A stretch of DNA of 64,000 nucleotides, from positions 68,822,001-68,886,000 of the forward strand of contig CM052817.1 of NCBI GenBank assembly GCA_028534125.1. The letters are read 5' to 3'. This document shows, in pieces, positions 51,870 to 64,000 of this stretch. This DNA is from Lama glama (taxonomy: Eukaryota). Numbering within the stretch: the stretch's first letter is position 1; every line of letters starts with the position of its first letter. The notes under the pieces are model-generated. The model searched no databases. It had not been told where the DNA came from and saw only the letters and a list, made by a program, of their open reading frames with translations. The translations under genes were made by a program, and so were the position numbers.

Positions 51870-52515
51870 AATAAGTTTGCTCAGTCTTTTTTTTCCTTTT
51901 TTGTGTGTAAATATTTTTCTCACCTTAACTTTTGGATGGCATTTTTGCTATGTATAGAAATCTATGTTGGAAATTGCTTTCTTTCATCTTGATATAATCA
52001 ACTCATAACTTCCATTGTTTTTGTTGAAAAGTATATTTTTTCTCCTTTGAAAGCAATGTGTGTGCTTTTCTCTAGCTGATTTTAAGATTCTTTTAGAATT
52101 TAGTTTTCAGCATTTTTACTATGACGTTTCTAGGTAAGATTTTCTTTTCTTTTTCTTATTTGATGCTCAGAGAGCCTAGAAAATTTGTGACTTGATGTCT
52201 TCTTAAAATTTCCAAAATTTATTGTGCTGTATCTCTTTGAGTATTGCTTTCACTTCATTTTTTTTCTTCCTCTTATTCTGGTAGTCCAATTACATATATG
52301 TTAGACATTTTTACCATGCACAATATATCTCTTTTATATATTTTTGTCCTTCCTCTCTTTTCCCCTTCAATCTGGATATTTTTTACTTTCCTATTTTTCC
52401 ATTCAAAAATCCTCTCTTCACTGTCATCTGTTGTTAAACCCATCAATCAAATTAATTTTGGTTATTTTTCTTTTCAGTTCTGATATTTCCTTTTTATTAA
52501 ATATTTCCCCATTAT
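51870..52515 (-). mobile_element. Decayed ORF1-like L1M/HAL1 fragment
   Basis: T-rich text with 'ctagctgattttaagattct...cagcatttttactatga' and 'ccaattacatatatgttagac'. Confidence 0.6.
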
Positions 52516-53084
52516 TAAAGTAATAACAGTCATTGGGAGAATTATTTTCTAGTGTATATGGAACATTTACCAAAATAACCCATATGCTGCTTTGTAGAAG
52601 AAATCCCAATAAATTTCAAAGTATTGAAATTCTAAAAAGTATCTTCTCTTACTCAATGGAATTAAACAAGAAAATACATTTTAAAGATTAACTAGAAAAT
52701 CCAGGAATGTTTGGAAATTAGTCAAAACCCTCTTCAATAACCACAGACTGAAAAAAAATCAATATAGAAATGAAAATATGTTAGACCAACAGAATATGAT
52801 ATATCAAAAATTATGGAATATAGCTAAAGTATTCAGTGGGACTTACAGACTTCTTTGCATTTATTAGAAAAGAAAAATGCTGAAAAATCAATTATATAAG
52901 CCTGTATCTCAGTATGAAAAAGAAAAGCAAATTAAAACCAAAAAAGTAGAATAAAGAAAATAGTGATGAAGTCAGAAGTTAATAAAGTAGAAAATAAAGA
53001 AAAGGAAGTTAATAAAGTAGAAGACAAACACAGAGCGATGGGAAGAGATGCACAGGGGACTGTAATAGCTGTTTATTTCTTCAC

Positions 53085-53292
53085 TTATTTGTGTCCTCCA
53101 AACGCAGGCACCAGACATGAAGTGAAGAAGCCTTTGAGGGAATGACTCTTGCTCCAGCTACTGTCTGACTGAAAACCAGAATGAGAATTCTGGCTCAGCC
53201 CAGTCAGTTCCCAGATTTGTAAGGAAAATAAATGATCATTATTGTTTTAAGTTACTGATTTGGGGTGATTTGTATATAGCAATACACAACCG
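53085..53292 (+). mobile_element. MaLR (MLT1) LTR 3' part
   Basis: 'ccagacatgaagtgaagaagcc...aaataaatgatcattattgttttaagttact...tatatagcaatacacaac'. Confidence 0.75.
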
Positions 53293-54171
53293 ACCAGATT
53301 CAAAAAGTCAATATTATATAGATGTCAGTTTTCCCCAACAGATCCATAGATTCAATGTAATCTGAATAAAATGCTGGCAAGGTGTTTTGAGAGAAGTCAG
53401 TAAGATGATTCTAAAACTTATGTGAACATGCAAAGGGGCAAGAATAGCCAAGATGATCTTGAAAAATGAAGAATGAAAGTTGAAAATTTGAATTCCTAGA
53501 TGTCAAGATTTATTTTAAAGCTGTGGCAATTAAGACAGTATGGTATTGAGACAATAATAAATATATAGAACAATGAAGCAGGGAGCATAAAACATTTACA
53601 TATACATCTGATTTACAATAAAAGTGCTATTGCAATGTGTTAAGAGAAAAGATTTTTTTAAATAAAAGGTACTGAATTAATTGTATATTCATAAAATAAT
53701 GAAATTTGATCACAGACCTCACAGCATACATCAAAATATAAAAGGTGAAACAAAAGAGTTAATACAGGATGATATCATCATGACTTTGAGAGGAGGCAAG
53801 GGCTTCTTAAATAGTACAATGATAGTGAAAGAAACATAAAACAGGGAAGGAAGGAGTGATCCGTTGGACTTCCTCAAAATTACCAAATTTTATTTATCAA
53901 AAGATATGAATGAGAGAAAAAAAACAAGTCATGTATTGAGAAGATATGTGAATATATTTAACAAAAAATTTATTTCCTTTATGTATATAAATTATACAAA
54001 TACATACAAAATAATGGATACATTTAATGGGCATAACATTTTAATAGAAATATCACCAAAAATCCATATATAAAATATATACGTGAAAAGATGCTCAGCA
54101 TCATTATTTATCAGGCAAAAGCAAATTTTAAAAATCCTATAACATACAACTACAAGCCACCAGAATGGTAA

Positions 54172-54320
54172 AAATTATATATAATATATATATTATATAT
54201 TTATATATATATAAAAATTATATATATAATATAATATATATATGTATTTAATTTTCTGGCTGGAAATCCACTCCATAACATTTAAAATGAATATATATAT
54301 ATATATAAAATATATATAAA
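54172..54320. repeat. (TA)n-rich tracts
   Basis: Directly visible. Confidence 0.85.
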
Positions 54321-57300
54321 TAAAACAAGAGTTGGCAATAATATGAAGTATTGTATATTTCATACACTGCTTTAAAAGTCATTTGTGAAAATATGTTTGG
54401 CAGCATCTGGTAAGTTAAACTTACATATATCCTATGACTCACCATTTCCACTTCTAGGTCTATATACATGGAAATGAACACATACTTGCACCAACATTCA
54501 AAAACATTCATGACAACATGATTTAAACTGGCTTAGTACTCAAAATGATTCAAATGTCCATCAAAATTACAATTGATTGATAAACTGTGGTGTATTTGTA
54601 CAGTGCATGAACATGGCATGGGACAATAATTAATTTCTAGGCATGGAACATTGGTAAAATAATAAAGATAATCGTAGTGTTACGATTACGTTCATTTTAA
54701 ATGTTATGGAGTGGATTTCCATCCAGAAAGAATCTCACAAATAACATTCAATTATAAAATTCAGACACTAAAAGTTCTTACCTTAGAAGGTGATGGTGGA
54801 TAACCACTGAGGGGATAAAGGTGCTAATAATGTTGTTATTTTGATCTGAATGATGGTTACAAGTGATCAGTATAAAAACTGGTACACTTAGCATTTGTGC
54901 ACTTTAGAGTATGAATGGATGTTATGCTTCAACCCAAAAAGTAAAATTTGGAAAATATAGTTCTGAGTCTTGCCAAAGAAGTACTTTTGGAAGTATATTT
55001 TATGTTTTTTAAGCAGAATAGTGAAAAAGATATTCCATATCTAGTTCTTACAGGAAAGAATCCTTTTGTATATTCTGTGTTTCTACTAAAGAGATCATTT
55101 TGAGAAATCATGGTTATATATAATTTAGTAGATCATTAATCACATAAATAAATCTATTTTTAGTTTTGTAGTGGCAAAATAAATCAATAAATCCTGTACT
55201 AAAGAAAGTCAGGAAACATCTCAAGGGGAACAGAAACTACTAAATGGTGGTTTCACTAATTATTGCATTTTCCTAAATACATCCTTTATATCCAAGGGAA
55301 AAATTACTCACTCTGAATTTTTCTTTAAGTCTCAATAGTGTAATTGAATTGTAATTTAAAGTCCCATTGTTTTTCAATCCTTCTTAAAATACTTTCTGGA
55401 AATAAATCTGTATGAAAATAGCAGCCAAGTATCCATAGTATTATGATTACATTCATTTTAAATGTTATGGAATGGAGTTCCATCCAGAAAGAGTTTACCA
55501 AGATATCTTAAAGTTACAAAAGGGAGAAACCACTGCCTTAAATTTAGAACCCAATAGAAAATTATGAACTATAAATTAAGAACCAAAATCCTTCAAGCTC
55601 CTCATTCCTTATGGCTATCACAGAGTTCCAACTCTTAAATGCTGCATTAAAAGAAATTTATTCCCCAAATTCCTCAGAATAACTTTTGATGTTTGTTTAA
55701 ACAGAAACTTCTATTTACCCAGAAAAGTGTTCAAAGTCAAATTTCCTTTGAAAAACAAAGACTTTAAAAGAAAGGAAAAGTTTTCATTGCTCTCAAAATT
55801 GGGAGGGAAAGCTGTTAGAAGTTTAATGAAATGTAACACCTCTAAAGTTATTCCATTCTTGTTTAAAATCGCAGGTACAACTTGTAACCAGACTATACTT
55901 GAATTTAATTTGATTCAGAGTGACTTAATTTAGAAGTGCACAGTCACTTTCATATTTGAGTTCCCACAATTTTAAATAATGATAATATCCAAGGAAGTAG
56001 ACTTAAAATATACTAGCTTTGGTGGTGGGATAGACTCCTGTTAATTCTTGATTTAAAATGAGATTCTAATTAAATTTATTCGGCTTCTAAATCACAAGAT
56101 TTCTATAATGCTCATGTTATCTCCTAAGGGTTACTTTGAAATTACATTTTTTAGTGATGTTTAACCCGATAAACAAGGAAAAAATAATCTCTCATATGAA
56201 ATTATAAATGAGAAACAGTAGATGGAAAGTGATCTGCAAGCTCAATATACTGGTTCCTTCAAAGGGTAATAAACAAGAGACAGAAATAATTCTCCTTAAG
56301 ATAATTAGTTGATGGAAACTACAAAATCCACTGGGGTCTACTAAAAAATATTTTTAACTACTCTATAGGAATTTCTTTATGATGTAACATAAAATTTCAA
56401 GATGTGATCATTCAAAATCTGTTATCATGATTGTTTTCACTTCAGATACCAGTTTAAAAATAAGTTATATGAAAGATGTGCTTTTACTAGGTGTGCATTT
56501 TTGATCTCCAAAGATAAAGAAGTATACTTAAAATTATTATTTACACAGTAAATGTGGTTTTTTTTAAAGCTGTTTATTGTGTGTGCGGATACATAGGTAC
56601 ATGTATAACATAGGAGGAAACAGGAGGCATGAGGAGCTGGATCCTTATACTACAACCACTTTTTCCTTAACTGGGGCAAAACTCTTTACCAAGCTGAAGC
56701 ATGGTGCTACAGATTTCTCCTGTGTGTATGTGGTCTTTTCATCTTTCTGCTAGTTGTTCTGTTTCATTTTGTTTTGAGGGATACTTCCTCATTCTTGTTG
56801 CTTAAATGTAATAAATGTCAATCACTTAATTTCCAGTTTTCATTCAAGTGTGCTGTTAGTTTGTTACCATGAATCCAAAGCTCTTCATTGATATCTGATG
56901 TCCAACACAGACTTTCTCCCAATTGACATGGTAATATTTTGCTTCTCAAATGGCATTAGTTCACTTATTTTAAATTATAATTATTTACTTGTCTTATTTC
57001 CTCTCACATACTGGTAACTCATACAAGAGTGTATCTATATTAGAAGCAATATTAAAAACCCCTAGAAGGTAGAATTTTTGCTTAATTCATCTTTGTATGC
57101 TTCAGTACCAAGCCCTGTGCCCAGCACATACTAATGAACACACATCCATCTATCTATTCAGGTATTCCCAATTTGAAAGAAAGTGGTGTTGTTTCAAATG
57201 TTCATTTAGTTTTTAGAAATCTGATTATTATATTTCCAGGCTGGCTTATAAAGTCTGCTTTTACCCATTGTCTGAAATACTTCTGATTCTAAAGAAAAAA

Positions 57301-57584
57301 AGTAAAAAAAAAAAAAACCAAACAATACCACTGCAAAAATAAAGATGAAAGTATGGAAAAATAAAATTGAATTAGAAAATTGTGCATAATCTGGAGCAGT
57401 TGTATTTGAGGAATTTTATGTTTAATCTGTGAAAAATGAAAAGCTGAAAGACTTTTGAAAATTCTTAGTGTTAACATTTTTAGAGGTTGTTGAAAGAACC
57501 GGCCCTTTATTGTGTCTAATTCAACTTCAAAGTTTGTGAGTTTTCCTTTGTTTTATGTAGTGAATTCTTATTTTTCTGTTCTCC

Positions 57585-58172
57585 TGCTCTGCCAGTTTTT
57601 AGCAGTGTGACCTTAGGCATGTTACTAAACCTCTCTTTGCCTCAGTGGACTCTGAAAAAAATGGGGATAATAGTAATTGTGTTAGTGTGTTATGGGGATT
57701 AAATGAATTAACAGATATAAACCACTTAAAATAGCATTTGGCATATATTAAGTGCTTCTTTTTTTTTCACTTTGATGTCATTTATTTTCATTATTTACAA
57801 CTTTAGGGTTTTTTTTTTAAGGGAAGTATAGTCAGTTTGCAATGTGTCAATTTCTGGTGTACAGCATAAAGTTTCAGTCATACATATATATACGTATGTT
57901 GATTTTATATTTTTTTTCATTATGGTTACTACAAGATATTGAATATAGTTCCCTGTGCTATACAGTAGAAACATTCTTTATCTGTTTTATATATAGTAGT
58001 TGTTGTCTGCAAATCTCAAACTCCCAATTTATCCCTTCCCATCCCCTTCCCTCCTGGTAACCATAAGTTTGTTTCCTATGTCTTTGAGTCTGTTCTGTTT
58101 TGTAAATAAGTTCATGTTTGTCTTTTTTAGATTCCCAAGTGCTTCTTAATTGTTGGATATTATTATTACTTG
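57585..58172 (+). mobile_element. MIR split by the L1 insertion at 57761-58136
   Basis: 'gtgtgaccttaggcatgttactaaacctctctttgcctcagt...aaaatggggataatagta...aagtgct' resumes 'taattgttggatattattatt'. Confidence 0.85.
57761..58136 (-). mobile_element. Short young L1 3' end with ~40-nt 3' transduction
   Basis: TSD aagtgcttctt at 57750-57760 and 58137-58147. Two T tracts flank non-L1 sequence at 57768-57808. Confidence 0.9.
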
Positions 58173-58435
58173 TCTCTTTCTGACTGCTTATATACTAGGT
58201 ACTCTTCAACTATTTGTCACATTCCATCTTGTTTTCTAGTTATTTATGTAATATCCCATTTACCTTACAAGATTTTAATCTCTCTGTAGGCAGAGAATAG
58301 CTTCTATTACACAAACCATTAAGGCATGTTATAGCATCCATGCTCAATAAATGTTTATTTCAATAACTTTTTTGTTGTCATTTCAAAGTAAAAGAAGAGT
58401 AAGACAGATGTAACTTTCTTAGGGAATTATGTAAG

Positions 58436-58928
58436 TGTGGTGAGATGGTTAATGTATTAACTTGACTGGGCTAAGTGTTGCCCAGATAACTGGTAAAATA
58501 TTATTTCTGGGTGTGTCTGTGAGGGTGTTTCCTGTAGAATTTAGCTTTGAATCAGTAGACTGAGTAAAGAAGATCACCCTCACTAATGTTAGTGGGCATC
58601 ATCCAATCCATTGAGGGCCTGAATAGAAAAATAGTCAATTCACTGTCTCTTCTTGAACTGGGACATCATCTTCTCCTGTCCTTAGACATTGGTACTTCTG
58701 GTTCTAGGGCTTTTGGACCCAGATCAGGACTCTATACCATCAGCCCGCTGATACTCAGGCCTTCAGACTGGGACTGAATTGTATGACTGGCTCCCCCAGT
58801 TCTCCAGATGGCAGACTGTGGGACTTCTCAGCTTCCATAACCATGTGAGCCAATTCCTATAGTAAATGTTGTCTTACACATATCTATATATCTTATAGTG
58901 GTTGTGTTTCTCTGGAGAACCCTGATTG
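58436..58928 (+). mobile_element. ERVL solo LTR, MLT2-like
   Basis: Motifs 'aacttgactgggctaag', 'attatttctgggtgtgtctgtgagggtgtttcc', 'catcatccaatccattgagggcctgaatagaa' and 'tttctctggagaaccctga'. Confidence 0.92.
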
Positions 58929-59369
58929 TGGGTACCTCTGAGTGAAGGTCTGCCTGTGGAAGAATTTGCTGCTGTGAAAAATAAGAGGCGACCTAGAGGT
59001 CAACATCATAGGGCTATATGACACTTGGTTTAGCTGTGGGACTTTTCAGATTTTTCATGGAACATCTATTCCAGGTGACAATTAAGGAATTCGAGTAAAA
59101 CTAATGTGTTTGGTTTCAGTTCAAATGTACAATGGAAATGCCTCCTATTTCTTTCTTCTCCTCTCTTTCCTCTAATTCTTCAAAAAATTAGAGACAGGTT
59201 ATATAACCTTGGTCTTCCCCTGAATCTATTGCTGGGGATATTCAAAAGCATTCCTTAGTACCTTGTGAGGTTTAATGTACAAACACTTAAAAAATATGAA
59301 AGGCGACCCAATAGGACCCCTTTAGGAATCTTTTTATAAGCTTTAGAGTCCTTTCAAAATGTGAGTGAT

Positions 59370-59600
59370 TCCTCAATAGAACAGACTAGAAAGTCCAGAA
59401 ATAAACTCAAATATGTACAGGAATTAAATATATGCTAAAGGTGGTATTTAAACCCCTGGAGAAGAGATTGTTGAATAAATGATGTTGAGACAACTAGGTA
59501 GAAATTCAGAAAAAAAAGGTAAAGTTGAATCTAAAATTTACATCTTACCCAAAAAAAATTTCAGATGAATCAGAGTTTTAACATGAAACAAGTAAAATGG
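59370..59600 (+). mobile_element. Old L1 ORF2 fragment
   Basis: 'caatagaacagactagaaagtccagaaataaac...aataaatgatgttgagacaact'. Confidence 0.75.
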
Positions 59601-60359
59601 AAGCTAATTCATGTCTCCACTCAAGAAGATGGCTAAAACACTTAAATGAACTTAAATAAAAACACTAGGAAATTTTGGTTCTGGAATGATGGTGTAAAAA
59701 AGCAACATTTAATTGAAGTCCTCCGAAGATGACACATTAAAAATAATTTCACACCCTAGGGCAGCTTTAGACCTGCCTTAACCAAGTCTTGAGAGATTCC
59801 TGGTGAGTCATCAGTAAATGGACTGCCTGCCAGGACAAAACTTAACACTCTTTAAAGGTAGACAGCATAATCCATATCCAGTACAGTATAGCACTACAGT
59901 GTCCAACACTGAATCCTGGATATTGTTAATAACACATTGTAGGTGTTAGAGAATCTGCTACATTCCTCAGAGTCTGTCTTTCTTTCTTTCTTTCTTTCTT
60001 TCTTTCCTTTTCTTTTTTTTACTTTATCGGAAATTTAGCCTAGATGGACTCAGACTTCATACTCTGACTCCCCTGCAATGGCCAACAGCTAAACTCTCTG
60101 CTTTTTAGCTAGTCTATTTGAGTTTGGCCAGTGTATGGACAATTTTGGAATTTCAAATATTTATACACAGAATTTGAGGTTCTCAGTCCCAAGTTCTCTC
60201 CTTTCCGTATTTCTTTCCTCATTTTACAGCTGTTTTCATCCACCTGAATTCTGTCTTCTAATTATACAAGTAAGACTGAGTTTTTGCTCGAATTTTAGCC
60301 ACCTCATGTGGTGCTCACTGAAGCACTTCAGGCTAAAAGTAAATTTAGCAACTCATGGA

Positions 60360-62120
60360 ATGCATGGTCAACATATGAAAATCAATTTTATTTGTGTAAA
60401 CCAGTAACAACCAACTAGAAAATTAAATTTTAAAATGTTATTTTCGATAACATCCTAAAGCATAAAATGTGGAATAACTTAAAAATATATATAAGATTTC
60501 TATAATGAGGACTATTATACATTGTTGAGAGAAATGAAAAGTATATAAATAAATGTAGAAGTATATGCCATATTAATGGGTTGTTAAGATATCAGGTCTC
60601 CTCAAAATCATCTATAGATTTATTCCATACCAACAAAAACCCAAGCTAGATTTGTGTGTGTATGTGAAAATAGATAAATTGATTCTAAAATTTATGTGTA
60701 AATGCAAACAATGTCCAAAACAACCTTGAAAAGGAAGAACAAAATTAGAGGACTGGCATTGACTGATTTTAAGACTTAAAGCTACAGTAATCAAGATGTT
60801 ATGGCAAAGGCTAATAGCTCAGTGGGACAGAATAGGGTCCAGGAATATTCTATGTATATATGGTTAATTGATTTTCAATAAAGGTATCAAAGCTGTTCAA
60901 TTGGAAAGTGCTTTTGGTACTGAATCAACTGGATCTCCATCCAGGTAAAAACAATCAATGTTGAGAAGTATTTTGTAACATATACAAAAATTATTCTGTG
61001 ATTATTATAGACCTAAGTGTAAAGTTAAAACCATAGAATTTCTGATATGAAACAGGAAGATGTATTTGCAACTTCTGGATAGGCAAATGGTTCTTAATTA
61101 GAACATAAGAGAAAACCAATGATTAAATGAAATTCATTTATAAATTCATTTGTAAAACTCAACAAAACTTGCCCTTACAAAAATGAATAGACAAGTTATA
61201 GACTAGAAAAAATATTTAAAATGCTTACATCAAAAAATTATAATTGGATTATGTAAAGAATTTATATTACACAATGATAGTTTATAAAGACCATCCAGTT
61301 AAAAAGTGGGCAGACTGAAATATTCAGTAATTCACTAAGGATGATACACAAAGTAAGGATAATTTTTTAAAAAGTTCAACCTCATTTTTCATCAGGGAAA
61401 TGAAAATTAAATCCTCAAAGAGATACCTCTTCACAACCACAGAATGCTAAAATTAAAAAATACCAAGAATGCCAAATATTGGCAAGAACAAGAGCAAGTG
61501 GTACACTCATACATTGCTGATTATAATAAACAGGGCACAACTACTTCGTGGAGCTATTTGGCAGTTGCTCATAAATATATTCAGCAATTCCTGTAATTCA
61601 GCAATTTGACTGTCAGGCACTTACCCAAGAGAAATGAAAACATGCATCTACAAAAAGATAGCTTTATCCTAATAGATGAAACCTAGGCACACAAAAAAAT
61701 GTTTATTAAGAGAATAGATTAACAAAGAGTAATATTTTCATGAAATTAAATATTACAGAACAATAAAATGAAAGAACAAATGAAAATGAATAAATAGGCA
61801 GAAAATGTGAATAAATCTCAAAAATGTTATGCTGAGTAAAGGAATCCAGGCATAGAAAGAGTACATACATTTATATGAAACTCAAAAATAGCTACACTCT
61901 GTAGTGATAGAAATCAAACCTGTGGTCTCCCCTGGGACTGACAGGCAAAAAGTAGGAGGGAACTGTATGGGATGAAGCAAAAACAAATTTTTAACCTTGT
62001 TTGAGGTTAATTCTATTTAATCTTGCATAGGTTAATAAGCCTGTTTACTTCTCAAAACTCATGGAACTGTATTTAGGAGTGCACATTTCACTAGCTAAAT
62101 ATCTCGGTTAATAACAACCA
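60360..62120 (+). mobile_element. Old L1M ORF2 3' half and 3'UTR
   Basis: Motifs 'gattctaaaatttat', 'aaagctacagtaatcaaga', 'catcagggaaatgaaaattaaa' and 'tacccaagagaaatgaaaacatg'. Confidence 0.85.
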
Positions 62121-63199
62121 AAAATGACAATGGCTGAAACATACCAACAATAGCTAAAATTGAAAGCAATACACATACATTTAAACTATATTTAGAAAAT
62201 TAACATTTCAGCTTATGAATAAAAAATTATCTCTTCACAAATGTGTGTTTTCTTATCTTCAAATAAAGCATATAGACAGGAAGTAAACTCTTTTTTCTAA
62301 GAGTCTACTTAACATAGTTTCTCTCTCAAGTTGGAAATATATGTATAAGACTTATTCATATCTAACTTTAATTTGTCAACTAGTATTAATTAAAAAGAAT
62401 CAAATTTACAATGAATTCATAGCTGTTACACTGATAATTCTTTTAATATTTTAGAATTTTCAGTAAATTATAAACTAGCCCAAAATGTAATTAAATAGGC
62501 ATAGTTATTGTAAACACTGTATTTCAATAACTTAAAGGTCTTTTTTCTTAAATGATGTGTGTGAAAAAATATTTCCTTCATTATAATTCTGGAGAATTTG
62601 TGTTTTATATTATTCTGTGATTTTAGAGAGTTTCCTCAATATGGACTAATTGTTGAAAGAAGCATTTTTGGTTATCCATGAGCAAATTTAGGAATAATGT
62701 AAATTATTTATTTTCTGCACATGAGCAGTTGAAAGACTACATGGTTTCCTTGGGATAGCTGGCAGATGGAACTGTGACTGCTGCCAGTGTTTATCTAGAA
62801 TTGATATATATTTTTTGATAAGGAAAGCATCACACACATTTTATATAGCCAGCCAGTTATTCTTTGCATAGCTTTTGCCAGCTCCACAGATGTGATTGAG
62901 TTGATGACAGTTTCCCCAGGCTAAGTTCCTGGGATGCAGGTGAAAGCCAATGAAAATCACATCATGTTTCTGAGCTATGATATAGTTTATTAACAACCTA
63001 ACCTGCATGATATTAATGAATTTTTAAATCAGCTTACAAAAAGGAGCTTATGGGAGAACTAAACAGTTTACAAGTTTGGTAATTGATTGATACTTAATCA
63101 TTTATTCTTTCAAGTCTCATTCAGTAAACATGCACATACGGATATGCACATAATAGGTTCACTTAAGACATTTGTAGTATAGTGGGGAGATATTTGGGG

Positions 63200-64000
63200 G
63201 TGGGTAGCATTTATTGGCTGGCCGTTACATGCCAGGCACTGAGAATACACAGACATAATAATAGCAAATGATATATTTTTTGTTTTCAATGGGCTCACAG
63301 TTTGAAAGGAAAGACACTGACCTGACATATTATAAGAGTACAGAGTGCTATGAAGGAAATAGCACAGGGTGCATATAGGCAGGGAAGTTAACCTAGATTT
63401 AGGGCATGGGTTTTATGGGGTTTCTGGGGAAGTATAACATCTTACATGAGTTTTGAAAAACTGAAAATTCTTAGGAGTTCAGGAGATAGGAAAAAAGGTA
63501 GAGACATTTCAGGAAGAGCAAAAAAATCACTGTATAATTATGAATACCTGAAAGGAGATGAGAGCATAATCAGGAAGTGGTAAGGGGTTTCATTGTGGTT
63601 GGGTAGGGTACTTGGAAGGGATGTGAAGAGACTGAACACAGCTGCTAGGTTGGGATGTGAAGGGTGTTAACATGCTTTTCTAGAATGCTTTGATTTTATC
63701 CCTCAAGAAGCATAGAGCCAGCTGATGTCTTCAAGCAGAAAAGGGATATAATCAAACATGTTTTTTTCAAACGGTAGTGTGGAAAACGAGCTTGAGTAGA
63801 AAAAAACTGACGTTAGAATATACAGTTGGTAATCCATGGTGATAGTCCAAGTAACAGATGAAGGCATCCTGCATAAAGATAACAATGGGAGTAATGGAGA
63901 GGAGGGGGTCAATTCAAAATTACTAGTAGGTAGAATTGATAGAATGTCTCTAGTTTGGTATGGATGGTAAGGGAGTTAGAAAAATCAAAGATGGCTCCTG
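63200..64000 (-). mobile_element. L2, runs off the window end
   Basis: Motifs 'catgccaggcactgag...gggctcacagtttg', 'gattttatccctcaag...gagcca', 'agtccaagtaacagatg' and 'aatcaaagatggctcc'. Confidence 0.8.

Larger units (their letters stand above)
52530..54945 (+). mobile_element. Old L1M ORF2 and 3'UTR remnant with internal insertions
   Basis: Motifs 'ggaacatttaccaaaata', 'gatccatagattcaatg', 'aattaagacagtatggtattg' and 'gaaaagatgctcagcatcatt'; ends 'gttatgcttcaac'. Confidence 0.8.

Noticed and set aside
52975..53022. Direct repeat gaagttaataaagtagaa, two copies with 30-nt period
   Set aside because: Simple slippage duplication inside a decayed L1, not a CRISPR-like array.
1..64000. Prokaryotic-type systems (operons, CRISPR, defence islands), NUMT or processed pseudogene
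   Set aside because: The sequence is mammalian and repeat-rich, with no long ORFs, no spaced repeat array, and no mitochondrial- or mRNA-like segment that I could recognise.

Overview
This is AT-rich mammalian non-coding DNA (intergenic or deep intron), most likely from a camelid. It carries a Vic-1-like tRNA-derived SINE and artiodactyl-type L1 3' ends, and I saw no Alu, Bov-A/BovB or PRE-1. Roughly half or more of the window is recognisable transposon debris: young and old L1, L2, MIR, MaLR/ERVL/ERV1 solo LTRs, an ERVL internal fragment, and hAT- and Tigger-type DNA transposons. I recognise no host protein-coding exon, functional RNA gene or CRISPR array, and I find no convincing evidence of a new biological system. 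The ORF track is explained by L1/ERVL remnants or by chance. The best observations concern retrotransposition mechanics: (i) a ~3 kb L1 with complete 5' end, 5'UTR and 3' end but nearly all of ORF1-ORF2 deleted; (ii) a short L1 with a dead poly(A) signal and a 3' transduction; (iii) two twin-priming-type inversions; (iv) a 59-bp local duplication with asymmetric CpG decay; and (v) a strong CTCF motif. Repeat family names come from recalled consensus resemblance, not a database search. Boundaries of old repeats are approximate.
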